Source of the DNA: Thermococcus kodakarensis KOD1
GTDB taxonomy: Archaea > Methanobacteriota_B > Thermococci > Thermococcales > Thermococcaceae
Reading direction: 5' to 3'
DNA: 32,000 bases
NCBI RefSeq assembly: GCF_000009965.1
Contig: NC_006624.1
Location: 1,800,001-1,832,000, forward strand
The notes beneath the pieces were generated by a model. That model searched no databases. It saw nothing but the letters and a program-made list of their open reading frames with translations, and was not told the DNA's origin. Positions 23,235-31,062 of the stretch are shown in pieces (the stretch's first letter is position 1; each line of letters opens with the position of its first letter). The position numbers were made by a program, and so were the translations under genes.

Positions 23235-24039
23235 ACTCAGGGCGCTCTGGGGCGTCGCAGTGAAGAGCTGGAGGGTGTTCCTCAGCTATAAGGTCTGGTT
23301 CATCAGCGACATAGGGATGGGCTTCCTCTTCGTTGGACAGGCCCTCCTCATAGGGCTTGGACTTACCGGAAAGAGGAACTCCGAGGCCCTCCAGAGGCTC
23401 ACCGGGTATTCCGACTACGTGGCATTCGCGGTTCTAGGTCTGTTGGTTCTCGGCTTTGGTCTGACCTTCCTCAGCGGCTTTGTGTGGAGCGTCGTTGACG
23501 AGCTGTACGCGGGAACACTGGAGTACTCCTTTGCCGCCCCGATGAAGAGGATAACGTTCTTCCTCGGCAACGTCCTGGTTAGGCTCTTCCTCTCGCTCCT
23601 TTACATGGCGATCTATCTCCCAGTCTTCAAGCTGCTCTTCGGGCTGGGAATTGACCTCCTGGTAGTCCTTAAAGCCCTCCCGGTTCTGCTCCTCGGAAGC
23701 CTTGGGATGGTCGGGCTCGGTATGGCGGCCGCTGGTATCGTGCTCTACCTTAAAGACCCGGGGCCCTTCATAAGCATCCTGGAGATGCTCGTCTTTGCCC
23801 TCAGCGGCGCAATGTACCCCCTCTCAGTTCTTCCCAGGGCCCTCCAAACTCTGGCGAAGGCCCTCCCCTATGCGCCGACAACGGAGGCCCTGAGAAAAGT
23901 CGTGGTGTACGGCTACGGCTCAAGCACGGGCGAACTTTGGTACCTTGCCGTGATATCCCTTCTGTATTCCGTTCTGGGGTATCTCATCTATAAATGGAGT
24001 GAAAAGCAGGCGAGAATCGTTGGCCTCAAGTCCTATTGA
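23221..24039 (+). CDS. ABC-2 family permease (second subunit)
   Basis: Six TM segments; paralogous in layout to the preceding gene. ATG 23221 overlaps it by 14 nt. Confidence 0.8.
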
Positions 24040-24916
24040 AGGGCAGATCCAGGCCGACTTCCCTTGCTATCCTCTTTACCTCCTCAAGCGGGACTATGGC
24101 GCTCCTCGCCCCAACCTTCTGGACGGTCAGGTACGCGAGCAGCATTCCAAGCTTGGCGGAGTCGAGGAGGGACCAGCCGTTGAGGACGCCGTAGATAACG
24201 CCCGCATCGAAGGAATCTCCAGCGCCCGTCGAATCAACTACCTTCGCACTCAGACCCCTGACCTCGAAGACGTTATCCCCCTCCCTGACGAGCGCACCAC
24301 CGCCGTTCAGCGTGACCACGAGGTTCTTGGCCCTGCAAAGACTCGGGTCAAGGCTCCCGTACTTGCGCCTGTACTCGTCCTCGTTCATCATCAGGTAGTC
24401 CACCTTGCTCTCAAGCTCCCGCGGGAGCGGCGCCTCACCTATATCCAGGGAGACCTTTATTCCCCTCTGGCTCGCGAAATTAACTGCTTCCTCTATAAGC
24501 TCCGGCGGGTTGGATGAGAGGTGGAGAAACTTGGCCCTCGATGCGTATTCGGGCTTGAACCTCCTCCTGAGGTTTGCCCCGGGGTACTTGACTATTCTCT
24601 TGTCGTCCCCTGCAACCATCGCAACTGCCACGCCCGAGGGCTCTTCAACGACGTCTATTCCGCCGGTATCAACCCCGATGCCCTGGAAGTATTTGATGTG
24701 CATCTCTCCAACGTCGTCGTTTCCCACCGCCCCTATGTAGCCCGTTTTAAGGCCGAAGTGGGCGAGCCAGCTTATCGTGTTGGCTGCTGCACCGCCCAGT
24801 CCAAAGTGGGCACCTCTGGCATTGATCTTCTCATGGAACTCTGGAAAGCGTTCCAGCGTGAATATTATGTCGTAGTTCAGGTTGCCGATGCCGATGACGT
24901 CCAGCTTCACTTTCAC
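24026..24916 (-). CDS. PfkB/ribokinase-family sugar or nucleoside(-phosphate) kinase
   Basis: N-terminal [15 protein letters not shown], and C-terminal [12 protein letters not shown] anion-hole/catalytic motif. The start is ambiguous among TTG/GTG codons at 24910-24922. Confidence 0.85.
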
Positions 24917-24964
24917 CACCAAAATTGGGAATTGCACTGGGAGGTTATAACACTTGGGGAAAAG

Positions 24965-24972
24965 ATTTAAAT
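24965..24972. promoter_or_regulatory. perfectly palindromic ATTTAAAT, candidate shared TATA for the divergent PfkB kinase and regulator genes
   Basis: It lies 39 nt upstream of ATG 25012 (GAGGTGA at 24999-25005) and about 48 nt upstream of the kinase start (GGTGGTGA SD). Confidence 0.5.
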
Positions 24973-25011
24973 ATCCATTCCTACCCACATATGAGTAAGA
25001 GGTGAACAAAG

Positions 25012-25606
25012 ATGATGCTCATACTTGAGGCCTATTTTAAGAACTATCCCGCGAGGAGAAAGGTCGCGGAGTTCCTGTTTGAGAACGGACTGAGCGTGAA
25101 GAACGGTAAAATCTACATAAAGAACGTCGAGGTACCGATAAGCGAGCTGGCAAGGGCAATCGGCGTAAACAGGAAGATAATCTACCATACGATAGAGTAC
25201 ATAGAAAAGACCTACCCCTTTAAGCTTGTGTTTGAGAGACTGAACCCGCTCCCGAGCCTGATAGACGTCGCCCCCCTTATGGGCTGGGAAGTCCTGGAGA
25301 TAGACGTTGAGAAGGATCAGTACCAGATGGCGTTTTCAGACGTGCTCAGGCTGCTCGCCGAAGACAACACCCCCATCATGGAGGTCTTTGGAAGGAACCT
25401 CAGGGGAAGAAACAAGCAAGATTTACATAGTCATAGATGGAACGCTCTCAACCGAGACATTTGGCAAAATAAAGACAATCAGAGGCTTCAAGAGGCTCAT
25501 ACTCCACACACCTGAAAAGGATAAGGAGAAGTTCGTCTGCAACTACTGTGAGGTCAAGTACTGCCCGAAGAGGGTGCTGCTTGAGAGTCTCACCCAACGA
25601 CCTTAA
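25012..25606 (+). pseudogene. putative HTH + ACT-like small-molecule-binding regulator, split by a +1 frameshift at the G4 run 25403-25406
   Basis: Track ORFs 25012..25515 and 25307..25606 join as ...EVFGRNLR|EETSKIYIVIDGTL... if one G is removed. The tail of the first ORF past the shift is low-complexity junk. Confidence 0.65.
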
Positions 25607-25865
25607 AGCCCTCCAGCCCCTCGGGTTCTTCCCATTTTACCTCGACCCTTGTGACCCTGGCCAGCGGCGGCCCCTGATGCGCCCATCCTATTAAAGCCTC
25701 CACCCTTTCAGGATCGCCCTCGATAACGGCTTCCACCGTCCCATCCGGCAGGTTTCTGACCCATCCGTGGACTCCAAGCTTTCTGGCTTCCCGGCTCATG
25801 CTCCAGCGAAAACCAACCCCCTGAACCCTTCCGTATATTCTAAGGTGTGCCCTTACCCGCTTCAT
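25590..25865 (-). CDS. acyP: acylphosphatase (91 aa)
   Basis: [12 protein letters not shown] and [14 protein letters not shown] signatures. Start at ATG 25865. Confidence 0.92.
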   Translation of the reverse strand: MKRVRAHLRIYGRVQGVGFRWSMSREARKLGVHGWVRNLPDGTVEAVIEGDPERVEALIGWAHQGPPLARVTRVEVKWEEPEGLEGFKVVG

Positions 25866-25935
25866 CACACATCCCGTTCTAAAATCTCCCGCAAGGGATT
25901 TAAGCTTTGCCCGATATCTATCATTGGGTGGGCAT

Positions 25936-26250
25936 ATGGAGGCGATCATCGTTTACACGACGTTTCCAGACTGGGAGAGCGCCAGAAAGGTCACCAGGGA
26001 GCTCCTGGAAAGAAAGCTGATAGTCTGCGCAAACCTCAGGGAGCACGAGGCTATGTACTGGTGGGAGGGCAAGATCGAGGAAGGGAAGGAAGTCGGCGCC
26101 ATCTACAAGACCGAAGTTAGCAAGTGGAAGGAGCTGAGGGAGACGATAAAGGAGCTCCACCCCTACGATGTTCCGATGATAGCTAGGATTGATCTCGACA
26201 AGCTCAACCGCGAGTACTCCGAGTGGATGGCGAGGGTGCTCTTCGGATGA
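25936..26250 (+). CDS. cutA: divalent-cation tolerance protein CutA (104 aa)
   Basis: [11 protein letters not shown]...LIVCANL...YWWEGKIE...HPYDVP is the family pattern. Confidence 0.9.
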   Translation: MEAIIVYTTFPDWESARKVTRELLERKLIVCANLREHEAMYWWEGKIEEGKEVGAIYKTEVSKWKELRETIKELHPYDVPMIARIDLDKLNREYSEWMARVLFG

Positions 26251-26834
26251 TACGAAAGGTTAAGCCCCAGATCAGAGTACTCGGCTTCGACGACGGCACC
26301 TTCTCCTTTTCTTCAAAGCTGAAGCATGAAAAGACGATACTGATTGGAGTCGTGATGAAAGGCTCCCTTGAGGTCGTTGGCGTTCTCTCGCGCTGGATAA
26401 CCGTTGATGGAAGGGACGTTACCGACGCTATGATAAACTCCGTGAACTCATCACGGTTCAAGGACTTGAGGGTTATCCTTCTCAAAGGGATAACCTACGC
26501 CGGGTTCAACGTCGTTGACCTTGAGAGGCTCCACAACGAGACGGGTCTCCCCGTGGTGGTAGTCGTTAGGAAGAAACCGGATATCCTGGCAATGGAAGAT
26601 GCCCTGAGAAAGCACTTCCGTGATGCGGAAGAGAGAATAGCCCTGCTCAGAAAGACTCCCCCTCTTGTTGAACTTGTACCGGATAAGCTCTACTTCCAAA
26701 CTGTTGGTTTAGACGAGAAAACGGCCGCTGAGGTGATTAAGGTCACGACGAGAACGGGTTTTATCCCTGAACCCTTAAGGTTGGCTCACATGATAGCAAG
26801 CGCCGTGATGACGGGCGAGAGCAAACGGGAGTAG
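26247..26834 (+). CDS. UPF0215/DUF99 family protein (endonuclease V-like fold family), 195 aa
   Basis: IRVLGFDDG...[15 protein letters not shown]... resembles the DUF99 family as I recall it. ATGA overlap with the cutA stop. Confidence 0.7.
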   Translation: MIRKVKPQIRVLGFDDGTFSFSSKLKHEKTILIGVVMKGSLEVVGVLSRWITVDGRDVTDAMINSVNSSRFKDLRVILLKGITYAGFNVVDLERLHNETGLPVVVVVRKKPDILAMEDALRKHFRDAEERIALLRKTPPLVELVPDKLYFQTVGLDEKTAAEVIKVTTRTGFIPEPLRLAHMIASAVMTGESKRE

Positions 26835-26835
26835 G

Positions 26836-26843
26836 TTTATAAA
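26836..26843 (+). promoter_or_regulatory. TATA box TTTATAAA 21 nt upstream of the candidate C/D sRNA 5' end
   Basis: A consensus-like archaeal TATA located immediately after the DUF99 stop. Confidence 0.5.
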
Positions 26844-26864
26844 GGACTGAAAAAAGTTAAAGCC

Positions 26865-26926
26865 GACCGATGATGGCAACAGGGTAGCTACCGAAGTTGA
26901 TGTGGAAGCCGTTCCAGTCTGAGGTC
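26865..26926 (+). ncRNA. candidate box C/D sRNA (62 nt) with degenerate internal boxes
   Basis: Layout is GACC-G-AUGAUGG (C) / 14 nt / CCGA (D') / AGUUG / AUGUGGA (C') / 12 nt / CUGA (D) - GGUC. There is a 4-bp terminal stem and it has its own TATA. It fills the intergenic gap exactly. Confidence 0.55.
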
Positions 26927-27763
26927 TCATTCACACGGAACGAGGAGCACCGGGAGTTTTGAGTCCCTTATGACCCTTTCCGCTGTGGAGCCGAGTATGA
27001 GCTCCTTGATTATGCTCCTGCCCTTCTTGCCGATGACTATGAGCGTTGCTTTTTTGGCTAGGGCCGTTCCTATTATGGCCTGACTGGCCGTTCCAACCAT
27101 AACCTCCTTTTCGAACTCCACTCCGAGTTTCTCTGCAATTTCCTCTAGACGCTTTTTCGCTGCCTCTATGTTGCTCTCCAGCTCATCTATTTTTCCGTAG
27201 TCAACCGAGTGGAGCAGGATTCCCTTTTCAATTAGCTCCCTGAACTTTGCAACGGCATTCGTGATTTTTTCGGAGCACTCTGAGAAGTCCAGCGCAACAA
27301 GCGGCCTCTGGAACAGCTCTGAACACTTCACGGGGAGCTCAAAGGAGTCGTCTTTCTTTGAGTACTTGAGGAGGAGCACTGGCCTCCTCGTGGCCCTGAC
27401 GAGGTTTGAAGCCGTGCTTCCCAGGAACATCTGCCTCCAGACGTTCTCGCCCACACTTGGACTGATGATGAGGTCAGCGCCTATGCTCTCCGCTTCCTCC
27501 GCTATTTCAAGGGAGGGAATGCCGATCCTCACGGAAGTCTTGACGTCAATCCCCTTTTCCCTGAGAGTTTTTGCAAGCTCTTCGAGCTTGTTTTTGTAAA
27601 TCTCTTCAAGCTCAAAGGCCTGGAGTTCTGCGACCGTTATGTCTATGACGTGAAGCAGGTGGAGCTCCTTTGCACCCAGCTCAAACAGGTCGGGGAGGCA
27701 GTTGTGAAGGGCATGAAGTGATACATCCGAGAAGTCGGTCGGGTACAAAATCTTCTCAAACAT
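26927..27763 (-). CDS. tandem universal stress protein (2x UspA domain), 278 aa
   Basis: MFEKILYPTDFS... is repeated as a second domain. Each domain ends in G-x-x-G...GS(T/V)A and VLLV-type motifs. GGGGTGA lies before ATG 27763. Confidence 0.88.
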   Translation of the reverse strand: MFEKILYPTDFSDVSLHALHNCLPDLFELGAKELHLLHVIDITVAELQAFELEEIYKNKLEELAKTLREKGIDVKTSVRIGIPSLEIAEEAESIGADLIISPSVGENVWRQMFLGSTASNLVRATRRPVLLLKYSKKDDSFELPVKCSELFQRPLVALDFSECSEKITNAVAKFRELIEKGILLHSVDYGKIDELESNIEAAKKRLEEIAEKLGVEFEKEVMVGTASQAIIGTALAKKATLIVIGKKGRSIIKELILGSTAERVIRDSKLPVLLVPCE

Positions 27764-27865
27764 TCTGGTCACCCCAGTATATTTTTGTACTTCAATGCTT
27801 ATTAGATTTGTCCATGCATTGGAAAGGATTATAACGCTCAGGTCGGAGTTTTATCGGTGATTGCA

Positions 27866-29062
27866 ATGGTCAAGAGAGTTCACATATTCGACTGGCATAA
27901 GGAACATGCCAAGAAAGTTGAGGAGTTCGCCGGCTGGGAGATGCCCATCTGGTACTCCAGCATAAAGGAGGAACACCTCGCCGTTAGGAACGGCGTTGGC
28001 ATCTTTGATGTTTCCCACATGGGCGAGTTCATCTTCCGCGGTAAGGACGCTCTGGAGTTCCTCCAGTACGTTACTACTAACGACATAAGCAAGCCGCCCG
28101 CGATAAGCGGAACCTACACGCTCGTCCTCAACGAGAGAGGTGCCGTAAAGGACGAGACCCTCGTCTTCAACATGGGTAATGACACCTACATGATGGTCTG
28201 TGATTCAGACGCCTTCGAGAAGCTCGACGCCTGGTTCAACGCCATCAAGCGCGGAATTGAAAAGTTCGGCGACATAGATCTCGAGATAGAGAACAAGACC
28301 TACGACATGGCGATGTTCTCAATCCAGGGGCCCAAAGCTAGAGACCTCGCGAAGGAGCTCTTCGGCATAGACATCAACGACCTCTGGTGGTTCCAGGCCA
28401 AGGAGGTTGAGCTCGACGGCATAAAGATGCTCCTTTCGAGGAGCGGCTACACGGGAGAGAACGGCTTTGAGGTCTACTTCGAGGATGCAAACCCGTACCA
28501 CCCAGACCCGAGCAAGAGGGGAGAGCCCGAGAAGGCCCTCCACGTCTGGAAGACCATCCTTGAGGCCGGCGAAAAGTACGGCATAAAGCCGGCCGGACTG
28601 GGAGCGAGGGATACCCTCAGGCTTGAGGCAGGATACACCCTGTACGGAAACGAGACCAAGGAGAAGCAGCTCCTCAGCACGGACATAGACGAGGTTACCC
28701 CGCTCCAGGCCAACCTCGACTTTGCGATCTTCTGGGACAAGGAGTTCATAGGAAAGGAGGCCCTCCTCAAGCAGAAGGAGCGCGGACTGCCGAGCAAGAT
28801 GGTGCACTTCAAGATGGTTGACAAAGGCGTCCCTAGGGAGGGCTACAAGGTCTACAAGGACGGTGAGCTCATCGGTGAGGTCACCAGCGGAACGCTCTCA
28901 CCTCTCCTCGGCATAGGCATCGGAATAGCCTTCGTCAAGCCAGAGTACGCGGTTCCAGGCGTTGAAATCGAGGTCGAGATAAGGGGCAAGCCCAAGAAGG
29001 CGGTCACAGTCGCTCCGCCCTTCTACGACCCCAAGAAGTACGGCGCCTTCAGGGAGGAGTGA
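27866..29062 (+). CDS. gcvT: glycine cleavage system T protein (aminomethyltransferase)
   Basis: 398 aa with [21 protein letters not shown] and GYTGENGFE motifs. Confidence 0.93.
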   Translation: MVKRVHIFDWHKEHAKKVEEFAGWEMPIWYSSIKEEHLAVRNGVGIFDVSHMGEFIFRGKDALEFLQYVTTNDISKPPAISGTYTLVLNERGAVKDETLVFNMGNDTYMMVCDSDAFEKLDAWFNAIKRGIEKFGDIDLEIENKTYDMAMFSIQGPKARDLAKELFGIDINDLWWFQAKEVELDGIKMLLSRSGYTGENGFEVYFEDANPYHPDPSKRGEPEKALHVWKTILEAGEKYGIKPAGLGARDTLRLEAGYTLYGNETKEKQLLSTDIDEVTPLQANLDFAIFWDKEFIGKEALLKQKERGLPSKMVHFKMVDKGVPREGYKVYKDGELIGEVTSGTLSPLLGIGIGIAFVKPEYAVPGVEIEVEIRGKPKKAVTVAPPFYDPKKYGAFREE

Positions 29063-29094
29063 GCTTTTTAAGTTCCCTCTCATTTTTTTCTCCG

Positions 29095-29922
29095 ATGTCA
29101 AAGAAACATGCTGTCCTCGCTGTTATCCTCTGGTCAACGGTCGCATCCGCTTTCAAGCTCTCGCTTAGGCATCTTACTCCACTTCAGCTACTGTTTTATG
29201 CGTCTTTAACTTCCCTGCTGGTTTTCGGACTTCTCCATTCCCGGGAGTTTTCTCTCGACCGGAGGGATCTCCGTTCGGTGTATCTTGGGCTTATAAACCC
29301 TTTCCTTTACTATCTCGTTCTCTTCTCGGCATACGACAGACTGCCCGCCCAGGAAGCTCAGGCCCTCAACTACACGTGGCCCTTAATGCTCGTCCTGCTC
29401 TCCATCCCGCTCCTCGGAAGGAGACCTGAACCGAGAACAGTGCTCGGTCTCCTCGTTGGATTCGCGGGGGCGCTGGTTATCGCGACAAAGGGTGAGCTTA
29501 CGTCCCTGACCTTCTCTGACCCGCTGGGGGTTGCACTCGGCCTTGGGAGTGCCGTTATCTGGGCTTCCTACTGGCTCCTGAACCTCCGCGACGAGAGGCC
29601 CCTCGTGGAGAAGATGTTCTGGAACTTTCTCTTCGGGTTTGCCTACGTTTCAACGCTGGTTCTGGTGAGCGGAGAATTCCAGCTCCCGCCGCTGGAAGGC
29701 CTGGCGGGGGCAGTTTACGTCGGGCTCTTCGAGATGGGGGTCACTTTCCTGCTCTGGTATAGGGCGGTTGAGGGGGATATGGCATTCGCCTCCAGCATAG
29801 CCTACCTTGTGCCGTTCCTGAGCCTCTTTTTTATATCCCTCATTGTGGGAGAGAAAATAGCTTTCTCAACGATTCTGGGGCTCGTTCTGATAGTCACTGG
29901 AATAGTTATTGGAAAGAAGTAG
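29095..29922 (+). CDS. EamA/DMT-superfamily transporter (275 aa)
   Basis: Ten TM segments arranged as two EamA repeats. Start at ATG 29095. Confidence 0.85.
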   Translation: MSKKHAVLAVILWSTVASAFKLSLRHLTPLQLLFYASLTSLLVFGLLHSREFSLDRRDLRSVYLGLINPFLYYLVLFSAYDRLPAQEAQALNYTWPLMLVLLSIPLLGRRPEPRTVLGLLVGFAGALVIATKGELTSLTFSDPLGVALGLGSAVIWASYWLLNLRDERPLVEKMFWNFLFGFAYVSTLVLVSGEFQLPPLEGLAGAVYVGLFEMGVTFLLWYRAVEGDMAFASSIAYLVPFLSLFFISLIVGEKIAFSTILGLVLIVTGIVIGKK

Positions 29923-29977
29923 GGTCAGGGCCGATTAGGTCATCACTTCTCAGCCACCTACCCTCACATCATCCCCT
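29921..29977 (-). ncRNA. box C/D sRNA (57 nt), double guide
   Basis: On the minus strand the layout is AGGG-G-AUGAUGU (C) / GAGGGUAGGUGG (12 nt) / CUGA (D') / GAA / GUGAUGA (C') / CCUAAUCGGCC (11 nt) / CUGA (D) - CCCU. There is a 4-bp terminal stem. It starts 7 nt after the signal peptidase stop. Confidence 0.8.
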
Positions 29978-29984
29978 TAAAAGG

Positions 29985-30479
29985 TCATAACCCTATTCTT
30001 TCCCTTATCCACAGCGGAATTAGCCCGATTTTCGGAAACACGAGCTCTGCCTTGGCCTCGACGGCGTAGCTAGGGACGCAGCCGGCTATCATCCCGTTGG
30101 GCATACGGACTTCAAGGGAGCCTTGTGAAGTTGGGTATGGCGGATCGGGAACAGGGTTGTTGTCCCCCCACGTGACGAAGCAGGTCTCTTCTTTTCCATT
30201 GAGCTTCACGGTTGAGATGTATCTAACGCGGTGGATTATGGGGTAGGGGTAACCTGGGCGCTTGTAAACTATCACGTCGTTGACTCTCACCTGCGACGGG
30301 TCGGTGACGCCCTTCAGAAGAACTACGTCACCGCGGTAGAAGACGGGCTCCATCGAGCCGCTGACGACTATGACCAGGGGCGAATCGGTATGGAGGACGA
30401 ACCTGAGGCCCGAGTGTATGCCGGCGACTATGATGATCGTCAAAACGACCCATGCGACGTCTTTTTTCCACTCTTCCAT
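29985..30479 (-). CDS. signal peptidase I, archaeal/Sec11 type
   Basis: N-terminal TM anchor, SGSMEP (Ser nucleophile) and IIHRV (His) motifs. GGAGG lies 8 nt before the ATG. Confidence 0.88.
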   Translation of the reverse strand: MEEWKKDVAWVVLTIIIVAGIHSGLRFVLHTDSPLVIVVSGSMEPVFYRGDVVLLKGVTDPSQVRVNDVIVYKRPGYPYPIIHRVRYISTVKLNGKEETCFVTWGDNNPVPDPPYPTSQGSLEVRMPNGMIAGCVPSYAVEAKAELVFPKIGLIPLWIRERIGL

Positions 30480-31009
30480 TTTAACGCCTCCATGTACGTT
30501 GCTATTCTAGCGCCTATCGCGCCCATCGCGGTGCACGTTTCGAGGCTCGTTCTCTTTCCAGTCACATCCATGTGGTACCTTGCAATCTTAAAGATTTCCT
30601 CCGGCAGGCCGTGCCGTCCAAGCCCTATGAGGAGGAGAAAGCTTCTGCCCGAGAGCGCTTCCCTCGTTAGGTCGAGGGGGGTTATCTCCTTCTCCGGCCA
30701 AGGTTTTCTAGTTGTTGCAACTGGAGTCCCAAACTGTGGAGGGAACCCCTTCTTAGGGAATTCGAGAAGGTGGAACTTGTTTGCCTTAGCCAGTTCCTGG
30801 AGGTACTTTCCCCCATCTCCGATCGTGGTATGCCTGCTGACTTCTTCTGCTATCTCCATCGGTTTTCCGTCGAGCGGAAAGCCAACGAGGGCCAAGTGGA
30901 ACCCGTAGGCATACGCTATGGGCGCGGCCCTGGCTATTGCCCTCAGGTGGGCTTCGTGCAAACGTTTTGTGTCATAAGTGTTGTACAATGCAAGGGTCAG
31001 CGTTGCCAT
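30440..31009 (-). CDS. conserved hypothetical protein with SPOUT-methyltransferase-like C-terminal motif (189 aa)
   Basis: FLLLIGLGRHGLPEEI...SLETCTAMGAIGARI resembles the trefoil-knot SAM-binding region of SpoU/TrmD-class enzymes. Assigned by recollection only. Confidence 0.55.
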   Translation of the reverse strand: MATLTLALYNTYDTKRLHEAHLRAIARAAPIAYAYGFHLALVGFPLDGKPMEIAEEVSRHTTIGDGGKYLQELAKANKFHLLEFPKKGFPPQFGTPVATTRKPWPEKEITPLDLTREALSGRSFLLLIGLGRHGLPEEIFKIARYHMDVTGKRTSLETCTAMGAIGARIATYMEALKWKSGKKTSHGSF

Positions 31010-31062
31010 AGGTTTGAAATTTCAAGGAACCCTTATAAATATTGAGTACCAAAAATATATCC

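Noticed and set aside
24405-24970. 111-aa and 149-aa plus-strand ORFs opposite the PfkB kinase; similarly 28319-28824 opposite gcvT and 30231-30908 opposite the peptidase and SPOUT-like genes
   Set aside because: Shadow ORFs of genes with strong family motifs.
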